Shown here: positions 38,234-48,053 of the stretch, piece by piece
Layout: each line of letters starts with the position of its first letter
How positions within the stretch are numbered: position 1 is the first letter of the stretch
Assembly (NCBI GenBank): GCA_036004405.1
Contig: DASYRM010000195.1
Coordinates: forward strand, 15,250 to 79,249
Reading direction: 5' to 3'
DNA: 64,000 bases
DNA from: Vicinamibacterales bacterium
Lineage (GTDB): Bacteria; Acidobacteriota; Vicinamibacteria; Vicinamibacterales; UBA2999
The notes under the pieces: generated by a model
The model's database searches: none
Told to the model about the DNA's origin: nothing
The model's input: only the letters and a program-made list of their open reading frames with translations
Position numbers and translations under genes: made by a program

Positions 38234-39162
38234 GCCCCGCGGTCCAGTTCACGGCCGTCGAGAAGCGTTTCGGCGACGCGGTGGCCCTCGCCGGCCTCAC
38301 GCTCGACGTGCGCCGCGGCGAGATGTTTGGTCTAATCGGTCCCGACGGCGCCGGAAAGACCACGGCCATCCGGCTGCTGTGCGGCCTGCTGCACGCCGAC
38401 GCCGGCAGCGTCCGCGTGCTGGAGCGCGACCCGGTGCGCGACCACGCGTGGGTGACGGCGCGGGTCGGCTACCTGTCGCAGCGCTTCAGCCTCTATGGCG
38501 ACCTGACGATCGACGAGAACATCGAGTTCTTCGCCGAGATTCACGGCGTCCGCGGCTACAAGGCGCGCCGCGACGCGCTGCTCGACATGACGCAGCTCAC
38601 GCCGTTCCGCGGCCGCCTGGCCGACAAGCTGTCGGGCGGGATGAAGCAGAAGCTGGCGCTGGCGTGCACGCTGGTTCACGAACCCGAGTTGATCGTGCTC
38701 GACGAGCCGACCACCGGCGTCGACCCGGTGTCGCGGCGCGAGTTCTGGAAGCTGCTGTCGGAGTTCCTCTCGCGCGGGATCACCATCGTGATGTCCACGC
38801 CTTATCTCGACGAGGCCGAGCGGTGCGCGCGCGTGGCGCTGCTCCACGACGGCCGCACGCTGGCCGTCGACGAGCCGGCGCGGCTCCGCACGCTCATCGG
38901 CGGCCGCATCGTGGAGGTCGTCGCGCCCGGCCGTCCCGATGCCGCCGAGGCGGCCCGCGGGCTGCCGGGCGTCAGCGACGTGCAGGTGTTTGGCGAGCGG
39001 CTGCACCTGACGGTGGAGCGCGACTCCGACGAGGCGGTGAACGCCGTGGTGGAGGCCATCGCGCGCACGTCGCTGGCGGGCGCGACCGTTCGCGCCGTGC
39101 CGCCCTCGCTGGAGGATGTCTTCATCGCCACGCTGACGCGAAAGGAGCAGGCCAGTGCGTAA
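38230..39162 (+). CDS. ABC transporter ATP-binding protein
   Basis: GPDGAGKTT, LSGGMKQKL, LDEPTTGVDP. Confidence 0.94.
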   Translation: MSPAVQFTAVEKRFGDAVALAGLTLDVRRGEMFGLIGPDGAGKTTAIRLLCGLLHADAGSVRVLERDPVRDHAWVTARVGYLSQRFSLYGDLTIDENIEFFAEIHGVRGYKARRDALLDMTQLTPFRGRLADKLSGGMKQKLALACTLVHEPELIVLDEPTTGVDPVSRREFWKLLSEFLSRGITIVMSTPYLDEAERCARVALLHDGRTLAVDEPARLRTLIGGRIVEVVAPGRPDAAEAARGLPGVSDVQVFGERLHLTVERDSDEAVNAVVEAIARTSLAGATVRAVPPSLEDVFIATLTRKEQASA

Positions 39163-40588
39163 CGGCGTCCCTGGGGCGGGTATGCGCGGCCCGCGAAGAA
39201 CGCGGACCGCGCGCAGTGTCTGGCAAACCGGCTTAGCGCCGGTTCGCGATTTGACCCGCAACTACGTACTCCTGGTAGCGATGCTGGCGCTTGCCGCTGG
39301 CACGGCAAGGCCTGCGCGGGCGCAGGAAGCGGCAGGCCCCGTGGTCCGCTTGACACTCGACGAGGCGCGGGCCCGCGCGGTCGAGGCCAGTCATCGCCTC
39401 GCGGAAGCCCGCGCGCGCGAGACGGTGGCGCAGGGCGCGATTGCCGCGCGCCAGGCCGCCGAACGCCCGACGGTGTCGGCGTCGGCCGGCTACACGCGGA
39501 CCAACCATGTCCTCGAGTTCACGGTGCCGAGCCCCACGGGTGTCCCGCGAGTGCTCTATCCCGACGTGCCCGACAACTACCGGACGCGGCTCGACCTGCA
39601 GTGGCCCATCTACACCGGCGGCCGGACCGACGCCCTCGAACGCTCGGCGCGGGCCGAGGCCAGTGCGGTGGCGGCGGACGTGGACACCGCGCGCGCCGAC
39701 CTGCGGCTCGAGGTCGCCCGCGCGTTCTGGGCGGTCGTCACCGCGCGCGCGACAGCCGGCGTGGTCGAAGGGGCGCTCGAGCGTGCCGGCGTCAACGTCG
39801 GCGACACGCGCCAGCGGCTCGGCGCCGGCCTGGTGCCGCCGAACGAGGTGGCCTCGGCCGAGGCGCAGCAGGCGCGCCAGCGGATGCTGCTCGTGGAAGC
39901 GCGCAACCAGCGCGACGTTGCCTCGGCGGAGCTCGCCAGGCTCGTGGGCCTCGATCCGTCGCAGGCCGTGGAGCCCGTGGCGGATCTGCAGCGTCCGGCG
40001 GGCGCCGAGCTCACATTCGACGCGCTCGCGCGCGAGGGGCTCGCGCGGCGGCCCGAGCGCAAGGCGCTGGAGCTGCGGATCTCGGCGGCCGACCTGCAGA
40101 AGGCCGCGGCCGCCGCGGGGCGCAAACCGCTGATCGCGGTTGGCGGCGGGGTGGACTACGCGCGGCCGAACCCGAAGATCTTCCCGCGCGCCGAACGCTG
40201 GGACGACTCGTGGGACGCCGGCGTGAACGTCACCTGGTCGCTGTGGGACGGCGGGCGCGTGGCCGCCGACGTCGCGCAGGCGTCGGGCGCCGCCACTGCC
40301 GTGCGTGAACGGCTCCGCGAGTTCGACTCGGTGCTGGCCGTCGAGGTCCGGCAGCGGTCGCTCGAGATCTCGTCGGGGACGGCGGCGGTGGCCGCCGCCG
40401 ACGAGGCGGTGCGCGCCGCCACCGAGGCTCGCCGGGTGGTGGGCGAGCGGTACCGCGCCGGCGTCATCGCGCAGGGCGACGTGCTCGACGCGGAGCTGGC
40501 GCTGCTCCAGAGCCAGCTCGATCGCACCCGGGCCCTGGCATCGGTGCGGTTGGCCGAAGCCCGTCTCGATCGGGTGCTCGGGAGATAG
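39155..40588 (+). CDS. TolC-family outer-membrane efflux protein
   Basis: LTLDEARARA, LQWPIYTGG, VNVTWSLWDGG, RYRAG...DVLDAE; AAGGAG + GTG start, long N-terminal extension (start uncertain). Confidence 0.88.
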   Translation: MRNGVPGAGMRGPRRTRTARSVWQTGLAPVRDLTRNYVLLVAMLALAAGTARPARAQEAAGPVVRLTLDEARARAVEASHRLAEARARETVAQGAIAARQAAERPTVSASAGYTRTNHVLEFTVPSPTGVPRVLYPDVPDNYRTRLDLQWPIYTGGRTDALERSARAEASAVAADVDTARADLRLEVARAFWAVVTARATAGVVEGALERAGVNVGDTRQRLGAGLVPPNEVASAEAQQARQRMLLVEARNQRDVASAELARLVGLDPSQAVEPVADLQRPAGAELTFDALAREGLARRPERKALELRISAADLQKAAAAAGRKPLIAVGGGVDYARPNPKIFPRAERWDDSWDAGVNVTWSLWDGGRVAADVAQASGAATAVRERLREFDSVLAVEVRQRSLEISSGTAAVAAADEAVRAATEARRVVGERYRAGVIAQGDVLDAELALLQSQLDRTRALASVRLAEARLDRVLGR

Positions 40589-40594
40589 AGGCCG

Positions 40595-41533
40595 ATGAAC
40601 CAGGCGAACGCCATCGAGGTCCGCGACCTCACCAAGCGCTTCGGCGACTTCGTGGCCGTCAACCGCGTGTCGTTCGAGGTGCGTGCCGGCGAGATCTTCG
40701 GCTTCCTCGGCAGCAACGGCGCCGGCAAGTCCACCACCATCCGCATGCTGTGCGGTCTCCTGCGGCCCACCTCTGGCACCGCCAGCGTGGGCGGCATCGA
40801 CGTCGGACGCGATCCCGAGGGCGTCAAGCGCCGCATCGGCTACATGTCGCAGCGCTTCTCGCTCTACGAGAACCTCACCGTGGACGAGAACATCCGCTTC
40901 TTCGGCGGGGTCTACGGCCTGAACCGCGACCGCCTGGCTGCCCGCCGCGAGTTCGTGCTCGACATGGCCGGCCTGCGCGGCCGCGAATCCACCCTCGCGC
41001 GCACGCTCTCGGGCGGCTGGCGGCAGCGGCTGGCGCTCGGGTGCGCCATCCTCCACGAGCCGCCCATCGTGTTCCTCGACGAGCCCACCGGCGGCGTGGA
41101 TCCGCTGTCGCGGCGGCGGTTCTGGCGTCTCATCGACGGCCTGTCGCAGGCCGGCGTGGCGGTGCTCGTGACCACGCACTACCTCGACGAGGCCGAGCAC
41201 TGCCACCGGATCGCCATCATCCAGGCCGGGACGCTGGCGGCGCTGGGCACGGTCGCCGAGCTGAAGCAGACGTTTGCCGGCAGGCCGATCGTCGAAGTGC
41301 ATTCCGCTTCGCCGGTCGAGGCCATGAAGGCGCTCGACGCGATGCCGGACGTGGAGAAGACGAGCATCTTCGGCACCGCCGTGCACGCCGTGCTCAGAAC
41401 GCCGCAGGCCGACGCCGGGGCCATGGCCGCGCGGCTGCGTGGGGCCGGTCTCGAGGTGAGCTCGTGCAGCCTCGTCGAGCCGTCGCTCGAGGACGTGTTC
41501 CTCGACGTCGCGGAGCGGAAGGCGGCGGCCTGA
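40595..41533 (+). CDS. ABC transporter ATP-binding protein
   Basis: GSNGAGKST, LSGGWRQRL, LDEPTGGVDP, TTHYLDEAE. Confidence 0.94.
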   Translation: MNQANAIEVRDLTKRFGDFVAVNRVSFEVRAGEIFGFLGSNGAGKSTTIRMLCGLLRPTSGTASVGGIDVGRDPEGVKRRIGYMSQRFSLYENLTVDENIRFFGGVYGLNRDRLAARREFVLDMAGLRGRESTLARTLSGGWRQRLALGCAILHEPPIVFLDEPTGGVDPLSRRRFWRLIDGLSQAGVAVLVTTHYLDEAEHCHRIAIIQAGTLAALGTVAELKQTFAGRPIVEVHSASPVEAMKALDAMPDVEKTSIFGTAVHAVLRTPQADAGAMAARLRGAGLEVSSCSLVEPSLEDVFLDVAERKAAA

Positions 41534-42651
41534 TGCGGAAGGTGCTGGCCGTCGCCGTCAAAGAGCTGCGGCAGATCCGCCGCGATCGGCGGAGCCTGCT
41601 GATCCTGCTGTTCGTGCCGGCCTTCTTCCTGCTCGTCTACGGCTACGCCCTCAACTTCGACATCCGCAACATCCGCCTGGCGGTACAGGACGACGATCGC
41701 AGCAGCGCCAGCCGGGAAGTGATCTCGGCCTTCGTCAACTCGGGCTACTTCGACCTGGTTGCCGAGGTCGTGGACGGCCACGAGGTGACCGGCATCCTCA
41801 ATCGCGGCGACGCGCGGGCCGTGCTCGTCATCCCGTCCCGGTTCGGGGCCGAGGCCGCGGCCGGGCGTCCGACGGCGCTCCAGTTCCTCATCAACGGCGA
41901 CAACGCCAACACCGCGACGACCGTGATGGGCTACGCCGTCGGCCTCGTGTCCGCGGTGTCGAGCCGCTACGAGGTGCAGGCGCGGCTCGGGTCGCCAGGC
42001 GGACCACTGCTGACCCTGGAACCGCGCGTCTGGTACAACCCCGAGCTTCGCAGCACGCTGTTTCTCGTGCCCGGCCTGATCGCCTACATCGCGATGCTGA
42101 CGGCGGTGGTCTCCACGGCGCTCTCGGTCGTGCGCGAGAAAGAAGCCGGCACGATGGAGCAGGTCCGCATGTCGCCGATCGGCGCCACCTCATACGTGGT
42201 GGGCAAGACGGTACCGTATTTCGTCATCTCGCTCCTCTCCTCGCTGGGTGTCGTAGCGGTGTCGATGGTGCTCTTCGATCTGCCGGTGCGCGGGTCGTGG
42301 GTGGCGCTCATCGCCTGCGTGTCGCTCTTCCTGGTGGGTGCGCTCGCCTTCGGCGTGCTGATCTCGACGATTGCCGAGTCGCAGCAGGTGGCGTTCCAGA
42401 TCGCGCTCCTCACCTCGTTTCTGCCCACGCTGATGCTCTCGGGGTTCATCTTCCCGATCAGCAGCATGCCGGTCTTCCTCCAGGCCATCACCCACGTGGT
42501 GCCGGCGCGGTACTTTCTGGTGATCCTGCGCGGGATCCTCCTGAAGGGGGTCGGAGTCGGCCTGCTGTGGGTGGACATCGTGTCGCTCGCCGCGTTTTCG
42601 CTCGCCGTGCTGGCGCTCGCCTCGCTGCGGCTGAAGCGCGCCTGGGCCTGA
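41533..42651 (+). CDS. ABC-2 permease (YbhS-like)
   Basis: KELRQIRRDRR, RVWYNPEL, VREKEAGTMEQ, LSGFIFPI. Confidence 0.92.
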   Translation: MRKVLAVAVKELRQIRRDRRSLLILLFVPAFFLLVYGYALNFDIRNIRLAVQDDDRSSASREVISAFVNSGYFDLVAEVVDGHEVTGILNRGDARAVLVIPSRFGAEAAAGRPTALQFLINGDNANTATTVMGYAVGLVSAVSSRYEVQARLGSPGGPLLTLEPRVWYNPELRSTLFLVPGLIAYIAMLTAVVSTALSVVREKEAGTMEQVRMSPIGATSYVVGKTVPYFVISLLSSLGVVAVSMVLFDLPVRGSWVALIACVSLFLVGALAFGVLISTIAESQQVAFQIALLTSFLPTLMLSGFIFPISSMPVFLQAITHVVPARYFLVILRGILLKGVGVGLLWVDIVSLAAFSLAVLALASLRLKRAWA

Positions 42652-42658
42652 GGCACCG

Positions 42659-43774
42659 ATGCAACGCCTGCTCAGCCTGATTCGGAAGGAGCTCATCGAG
42701 CTGCGGCGCGATCCGCGGCTGTTCGCGATCGTCATCGTGGCGCCGCTGGTGCAGCTGACGCTGCTCGGGTATGCGGCGACGACCGACGTGCGCGATGTGC
42801 CGCTCGTGGTGGCCGACGAGGACCAGTCGGTGGAGAGCCGGGCGCTGGTCAGCCGGTTCGACGCCTCGCAGAACTTCGTGATTGCCGGCTCGGTGTCGTC
42901 GTCGGCTGAAATCGACAGCTACCTGGATTCGGGCCGCGCATGGATGGCGCTCGACATCCCGGCGCGCTACGGCGAGCGGATCCGCACCGGGGTGCCGGTG
43001 CAGGTGCAGGTGGTGGCCGACGGCAGCGATGCCAACTCCACCAACGTCGCGCTCGGCTATGCCGGGTCGCTCATCGCCGGCTACAACCGCGAGCTGACCG
43101 CCGCCGCCGGCCGCGGCGGCGGCGAGCCCCGCGTGAGCGCGCAGGTGCGCGTGTGGTTCAACCCGCAGCTCGAGAGCCGCTTCTTCATCATCCCCGGCGT
43201 GCTGGCCCTGCTGCTGCTCGTGGTCACGACCAACCTGTCGTCGATGGCGATCGTGCGCGAGAAAGAGCTGGGGACGCTCGAGCAGCTCAACGTCACGCCG
43301 ATCGCCCGCTGGGAGCTCATCGTCGGCAAGCTCCTGCCGTACGCGCTCATCGGCGCGGTGGACGTGCTGCTCGTCGTCGGCGTGGCGATCTTCTGGTTCG
43401 AAGTGCCGCTGCGGGGCAGCCTGACGCTGCTCATCGCGATGTGCCTGGTCTACCTGCTGACGACCCTCGGCCTGGGGCTCTTCGTGTCCACCATCTCGAA
43501 GACGCAGCAGCAGGCGATGATGACCTCATCGTTCTTCTTCATGATCCCGATGGTGTTCCTGTCGGGGTTCGTCTTCCCGATCGAGAACATGCCGGAGATC
43601 GTGCAGCGGGTGACGCTGCTCATCCCGCTGCGCTACTTCCTGGTGATCGTCCGGGGCATCTTCCTGAAGGGCGTGGGGCTGGAAACGCTGTGGCCGCAGG
43701 CGCTGGCGCTGGGTGGTTGGGGGCTGGCGATCCTGACCCTGGCCACCCTGCGCTCGAGTAAGAGGCTGTCGTAG
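42659..43774 (+). CDS. ABC-2 permease (YbhR-like)
   Basis: KELIELRRDPR, RVWFNPQL, VREKELGTLEQLNVTP, LSGFVFPIENMP. Confidence 0.92.
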   Translation: MQRLLSLIRKELIELRRDPRLFAIVIVAPLVQLTLLGYAATTDVRDVPLVVADEDQSVESRALVSRFDASQNFVIAGSVSSSAEIDSYLDSGRAWMALDIPARYGERIRTGVPVQVQVVADGSDANSTNVALGYAGSLIAGYNRELTAAAGRGGGEPRVSAQVRVWFNPQLESRFFIIPGVLALLLLVVTTNLSSMAIVREKELGTLEQLNVTPIARWELIVGKLLPYALIGAVDVLLVVGVAIFWFEVPLRGSLTLLIAMCLVYLLTTLGLGLFVSTISKTQQQAMMTSSFFFMIPMVFLSGFVFPIENMPEIVQRVTLLIPLRYFLVIVRGIFLKGVGLETLWPQALALGGWGLAILTLATLRSSKRLS

Positions 43775-43794
43775 GGGCAGGTCTTGCACCTGCC
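43771..43794 (+). repeat. GTAG REP supplying permease stop
   Basis: GTAGG GGCAGGT-CTTGC-ACCTGCC; TAG 43772-43774. Confidence 0.75.
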
Positions 43795-43800
43795 TGGCTG

Positions 43801-43941
43801 TCAGCCGAGCTTCTTCAGGATCTTTTCCTGATTCGCCACGATCTTTCCCTGGTTCGCGATGATCTTCTTCTGGTTGGCGAGCACCTTCGCCTGATTCGCC
43901 AGGATCGCCTTCTGATTCTTCGCGGTCGCGTCAGCTGCCAT
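43801..43941 (-). CDS. 46-aa heptad-repeat (ANQ) coiled-coil miniprotein
   Basis: MAADATAKNQKAILANQAKVLANQKKIIANQGKIVANQEKILKKLG*; AAGGAG RBS; repeats vary at synonymous positions. Confidence 0.8.
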   Translation of the reverse strand: MAADATAKNQKAILANQAKVLANQKKIIANQGKIVANQEKILKKLG

Positions 43942-45238
43942 GAGGACTCCTTGTCGCGGCTTCTCCAGCCTCGACGTCTACGAACGACAGCACGATAGCA
44001 CCGGCGACGAAAAAGAAGATCACCGACAGCACGGCCGCGCGGCTCGACTGGAACAGCGTGACCGATGCCCCGAAGAAGAGAGGGCCGAAGATGCCGGCAA
44101 ACTTCTCGAACACCGCGAAGAAGCTGAAATACTCCGACGATTTGGCGGGGGGCGTCATGCGCGCGAAGAGCGAGCGGCTCAAGGCCTGACTGCCGCCCTG
44201 CACCGTGCCCACCAGGGTTGCCAGCACGAAGAACTGCCACGACGTGGTCATGAAGTAGCCCAGGACGCTGACGCCGACGTAGACCGCGAGCGCGGCGAAG
44301 ATCGCGGCTTTGGCGCCGATGCGACCCGCGAACGCACCGAACAGGAAGGAGCAGGGAACTCCCACGAACTGGACGAGCACGAACGCGGCGATCTGCGCGT
44401 TCTGGTTGACGCCGACCTCGGTGCCGTAAATCGACGACATGCGGATGAGCGTCTGGATGCCGTCGTTGTAGAGCAGGAACGCCACCAGCATGAGAAAGGC
44501 GTGGCGGTTGCGGCGCAAGCCGTTGAAGGTCTTCCAGGACGCCGCGGCGGCGGCGACGGCCAGGCCGAGACCCGATGCGGGCAGATCCTCCAGTCGGATT
44601 GCCGGCTCGGGCACGCGGCGGAAGAGCGGCAGCGAAAAGACCAGCCACCAGACGCCGACGCTCACGAACGTCAGCCGCACCGCGGCGGTGGTGTCGGCCA
44701 GCCCGAAGAGCGCGGGCTTCATGATCCAGGCGAGGTTGATGAGCAGCAGGATGCCGCCGCCGGTGAATCCGATGGCGTAGCCGGCGGTGGACGCCCGGTC
44801 GATCTGGTCCGGTGCCGCGAGGTGGGGCAGCAGCGAGTCGTAGAACACCAGCGTCGAGGCGACCCCGATGTTGGCCACCATGAACAGCACCAGCGCGTAG
44901 AGCCATTCGCCGCGGCCGATCGTGGCCATCAGCTCGGTGGCGGCCACCCCGACGAGCAGGAAGACGAGGAGCAGCCGCTTCTTGAGCGGCCGATGGTCGG
45001 CCAGCGCGCCGAGCACGGGCGCCGTCAGCGCGACGATCGTGAGCGCGAGGGTCGTGCCCCAGGCAAACCGGGACGTGGCCTCTACGCCGCTCAGGCCGGC
45101 GGCGGCGTAGCTGGCGAAGAACGCCGGGAAGACGGCGGTGACGATGGTGGACCAGAACGCCGAGTTGGCCCAGTCGTACATCGCCCAGGCGCGCAGCTCC
45201 GGCGTGGGGAGCCCGAGCCGTGAAAGGAGGCGCGTCAT
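43931..45238 (-). CDS. MFS transporter (UMF1/Atg22-like)
   Basis: WAMYDWANSAF, FYDSLLP, GYAIGFTGG, LYNDGIQT, GGSQALSRSLF. Confidence 0.92.
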   Translation of the reverse strand: MTRLLSRLGLPTPELRAWAMYDWANSAFWSTIVTAVFPAFFASYAAAGLSGVEATSRFAWGTTLALTIVALTAPVLGALADHRPLKKRLLLVFLLVGVAATELMATIGRGEWLYALVLFMVANIGVASTLVFYDSLLPHLAAPDQIDRASTAGYAIGFTGGGILLLINLAWIMKPALFGLADTTAAVRLTFVSVGVWWLVFSLPLFRRVPEPAIRLEDLPASGLGLAVAAAAASWKTFNGLRRNRHAFLMLVAFLLYNDGIQTLIRMSSIYGTEVGVNQNAQIAAFVLVQFVGVPCSFLFGAFAGRIGAKAAIFAALAVYVGVSVLGYFMTTSWQFFVLATLVGTVQGGSQALSRSLFARMTPPAKSSEYFSFFAVFEKFAGIFGPLFFGASVTLFQSSRAAVLSVIFFFVAGAIVLSFVDVEAGEAATRSPHGS

Positions 45239-45255
45239 CGGCAGCGGATTATCGG

Positions 45256-46401
45256 TCAGAAGGTCTTGCGCGCCACCCACTCCCGCAGCAGCGAGTCGAC
45301 GACGACGTAGCGTGGGCCTTCTTTCAGGAGCAGATCCTGTTTCAGCAGCGCGGCCAGCGAGGTCTGGATGCTGGACGGGCCGCCGAGGCGATGGCGGCTG
45401 CGAGTATCGGCCGACAGCAGCTCGCGCCCGCCCTTGAGCACCACCGCGCGCAGTACGGCGCGCTGCGCCAGCGTCAGCCGCTGCCAGATCGCCTCGAACA
45501 CGGTCTCCTGCTCGTTGAGCAGACGGCTCAGCGTGGCGTGCAGATGCTCGAGCCCCGCCCGGCGCCCCCCCACGCCGCGCACGTCGTCCCAGGCTTCGTG
45601 CGCCAGCCGCTGCACGTCGTAGGGCAGGTTGCCCGCCAGGTCTACGATGGCGGTGCCCAGCCCGGGTTCCGGCTTGATGCCGCTCTTGGTGAAACGCCGT
45701 TCGATGAACGCGGCGAAGACATCGGCCGGGATCTTCTGGAGCCGGATCACCGGCCCCGCTTTGTAGAACGGGCGGCGCGGTCCGATCATCTTCTCCATCA
45801 GGCTCGGCTCGGAGCCTGCGAAGACGTAGCCCACCTGGCGCTGGTGCTGGGCCGCGGCGCGCAGGGCGTGCTCGACGCTGCCGCCGTTGAACGCTTCGAT
45901 GGCCTGGAACTCGTCGAGCGCCACGATGACGGGCCGCTTGCGCGCCGCCGCCACCTGCCCCGGCATCGCGAAGATCTCGTTGGCCAGCCGGTTGACGTCG
46001 CGGTCGCTGCGCACCAGCGGAAACGCCACCGACACGCGGCCGAGACCGCTGTCCTTGGGTTCGTAGCGCAGTTCGGGCCGCGTGCTCTGAATGGCCGTGG
46101 CGAGCCAGCTGCGGGCCCGATCCCACTTGGTCTCGAGCGACGCCAGCGCGCGGGCGTAGCCCTCGAGGAACGCCAGGTAGGAGCTGTAGCTGCTGACCGT
46201 GACCTCCACCGTCAGCGCGCCGCGCCGCTCGAGGCCGTGGAGCGCCTGACGGACGAGCGAGGACTTGCCGTAGCGCCGGGGCGAGATGAGGAACACCTTC
46301 TGGCCGCCGGCCAGATCGCCGATCAGCCGGTCGAGCTCCACCTCGCGGTCGACGAAGGCGTCACCGGGCACGACCTCGCCGTAGACGAACGGGTTTGGCA
46401 T
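45256..46401 (-). CDS. AAA+ ATPase of archaeal-ATPase type with C-terminal winged helix
   Basis: NPFVYG, FVDRE.E, SPRRYGKSS (Walker A), ALDEFQ (Walker B), PYDVQRL, C-terminal wHTH-like segment. Confidence 0.88.
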   Translation of the reverse strand: MPNPFVYGEVVPGDAFVDREVELDRLIGDLAGGQKVFLISPRRYGKSSLVRQALHGLERRGALTVEVTVSSYSSYLAFLEGYARALASLETKWDRARSWLATAIQSTRPELRYEPKDSGLGRVSVAFPLVRSDRDVNRLANEIFAMPGQVAAARKRPVIVALDEFQAIEAFNGGSVEHALRAAAQHQRQVGYVFAGSEPSLMEKMIGPRRPFYKAGPVIRLQKIPADVFAAFIERRFTKSGIKPEPGLGTAIVDLAGNLPYDVQRLAHEAWDDVRGVGGRRAGLEHLHATLSRLLNEQETVFEAIWQRLTLAQRAVLRAVVLKGGRELLSADTRSRHRLGGPSSIQTSLAALLKQDLLLKEGPRYVVVDSLLREWVARKTF

Positions 46402-46406
46402 CGGGT

Positions 46407-46435
46407 GTAGAGGGCGGTCTTCAGGAAGACCGCCC
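46407..46435 (+). repeat. GTAG REP 5 nt upstream of ATPase start
   Basis: GTAGAGGGCGGTCTTC-AG-GAAGACCGCCC. Confidence 0.78.
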
Positions 46436-46440
46436 GGGCC

Positions 46441-46481
46441 GTTACGCTGGTGAACGTAATGACTACGCTACTTAACGTAAC
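46441..46481. promoter_or_regulatory. Two tandem palindromic operator-like boxes
   Basis: TTACG-N8-CGTAA (46442-46459) and CTACG-N8-CGTAA (46463-46480), 21-bp period. Confidence 0.65.
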
Positions 46482-47476
46482 AGAGCCGGGGCCCCGGCGG
46501 CAACCGCCGCGCTCGCGTCCTGCAGCCGGGCCAGCCACGCGTCGCGCTGCGGCACCCGCGCGGGATTGAAGTCCAGGTCGAAGAACAGCGCGCGGATAAC
46601 CGCGATCTGCGCCGCCGGTGGCACGGCGGCGGCGAGCCGATCGAACCGCGCCTCGTCGTCGAACGCGCGCGCGTAGAGCGCATAGACGGCGTTGCGGATC
46701 GCCGGCTCGACCGGCTCCTGGTTCTTCACCATGTCGGCGACGGTAGCGAGAAACGCGGCTTGGCCGGCGCCGCTGCCGCCCAGTTGCAGCGCGGCCAGCT
46801 GCAGGCTGCGAACGTAGGGCCTGGCGCGGCCCGACGCCAGCCCGGCGTCGAAGTGCGCCGTGGCCTCGTCGAGCGGGCGGCGCTTCCAGGCGAGCCAATG
46901 CCCCCAGTGCGCGTGGGCATACGGATTCGACGGGTCCGCGTCGAGCGCCTCACGGTAGAACGCGGCCGGGTCCTGGGCGTCGGCGCCGCCGTCGCGCGAT
47001 TTCAGGAAGTGCGTCCAGCCGGCGTGCGCCAGCAGGTCGGCCTTGCGCCGCCCAGCCGATGTGGCCGCGCCTTCCGTCAGGGTGGGAAGCAGCGGATCGA
47101 CCGCATCCGAGAAGCGTGCGCCGCCTGCCGCCGACGCGCGCTCGATCCACGTCATCGCCAGGTCCTGTTGCGCGGTCCGAACCGCCTGGCGTTCAGCCTC
47201 GGGCGGGCTGGCCAGCCGGGCCAGGTAGCTGCCTTGATCCGCGGTGACCGCGGCGCGCTCGAGGCTGGCCCAGGCGTCCTGATAGGCGCCCGCGCGCTGC
47301 TGCCGATCGGCCATCGCCTGCAGCTCGCCGACCTGCCGCTGGCGATCGCGGACCTCGGCGAACACTTTCGAGGCCTGGTTGAGCAGGAGGAGCAGGGACA
47401 GCAGGGCCGTGACCACTCCAACCCACTTGAGCGGTGTGTCGACGAACCGGCCCGTCGATCCGGGCGATGTGCGCAT
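46472..47476 (-). CDS. Membrane-anchored TPR-like hypothetical protein
   Basis: N-terminal TM, LLAHAGWTHFL, YREALDADPSNPYAHAHWG. Confidence 0.75.
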   Translation of the reverse strand: MRTSPGSTGRFVDTPLKWVGVVTALLSLLLLLNQASKVFAEVRDRQRQVGELQAMADRQQRAGAYQDAWASLERAAVTADQGSYLARLASPPEAERQAVRTAQQDLAMTWIERASAAGGARFSDAVDPLLPTLTEGAATSAGRRKADLLAHAGWTHFLKSRDGGADAQDPAAFYREALDADPSNPYAHAHWGHWLAWKRRPLDEATAHFDAGLASGRARPYVRSLQLAALQLGGSGAGQAAFLATVADMVKNQEPVEPAIRNAVYALYARAFDDEARFDRLAAAVPPAAQIAVIRALFFDLDFNPARVPQRDAWLARLQDASAAVAAGAPALLR

Positions 47477-47596
47477 GCGCGGGCTCGGGGGAGAGCCATC
47501 CGCATTCTAGAGCCATCTCGCTTTGTACTCGGATGCCGTGTTCTGGCCCGCTCCGTGTTCTCTTCAGAACAGACACCGGCGCGGATCTCCGGTCTG

Positions 47597-47935
47597 ATGA
47601 GCATGATGACCGCTGCTCAACTGCTCGATGCCCGCATGCTGATTCCTGGCGCGTTCGAACTGAACGCCCCGCCCCACCGCGCCGCTCGACCCGCGCGCCT
47701 GGTGCCGGCCGCTTCATTTCAGGAAGCAGGCGCCACCCCCGCGACCGTGGCCACGTCTCATGTGGTTGCCGCACCGGCGCGGCCGACCACTCGCCTCGGG
47801 TACGCCGCCGCCATCGTGAGTGATCTCGCCCTGATCACAGGCATCATTTTTGGCGTCGCGTTGATACCCGCACTGGCGATCTGGGGCGTCGGGGCCGCAG
47901 CCGCCTTCATCCTGGAAACGCTCGGTCGCCACTGA
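47597..47935 (+). CDS. Hypothetical membrane protein
   Basis: C-terminal hydrophobic segment DLALITGIIFGVALIPALAIWGV; start uncertain. Confidence 0.5.
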   Translation: MSMMTAAQLLDARMLIPGAFELNAPPHRAARPARLVPAASFQEAGATPATVATSHVVAAPARPTTRLGYAAAIVSDLALITGIIFGVALIPALAIWGVGAAAAFILETLGRH

Positions 47936-48053
47936 CCGCGCGGCTCGGCCGATTCGGGCCGCTGACCGGGGCTGGGGTGTGCGTTTCGGAACAGCGGCTG
48001 GGCTTTGATCGGCGGATGATAGCCCGTCGTTCCTCTCTCCTCAGTACCCACCT

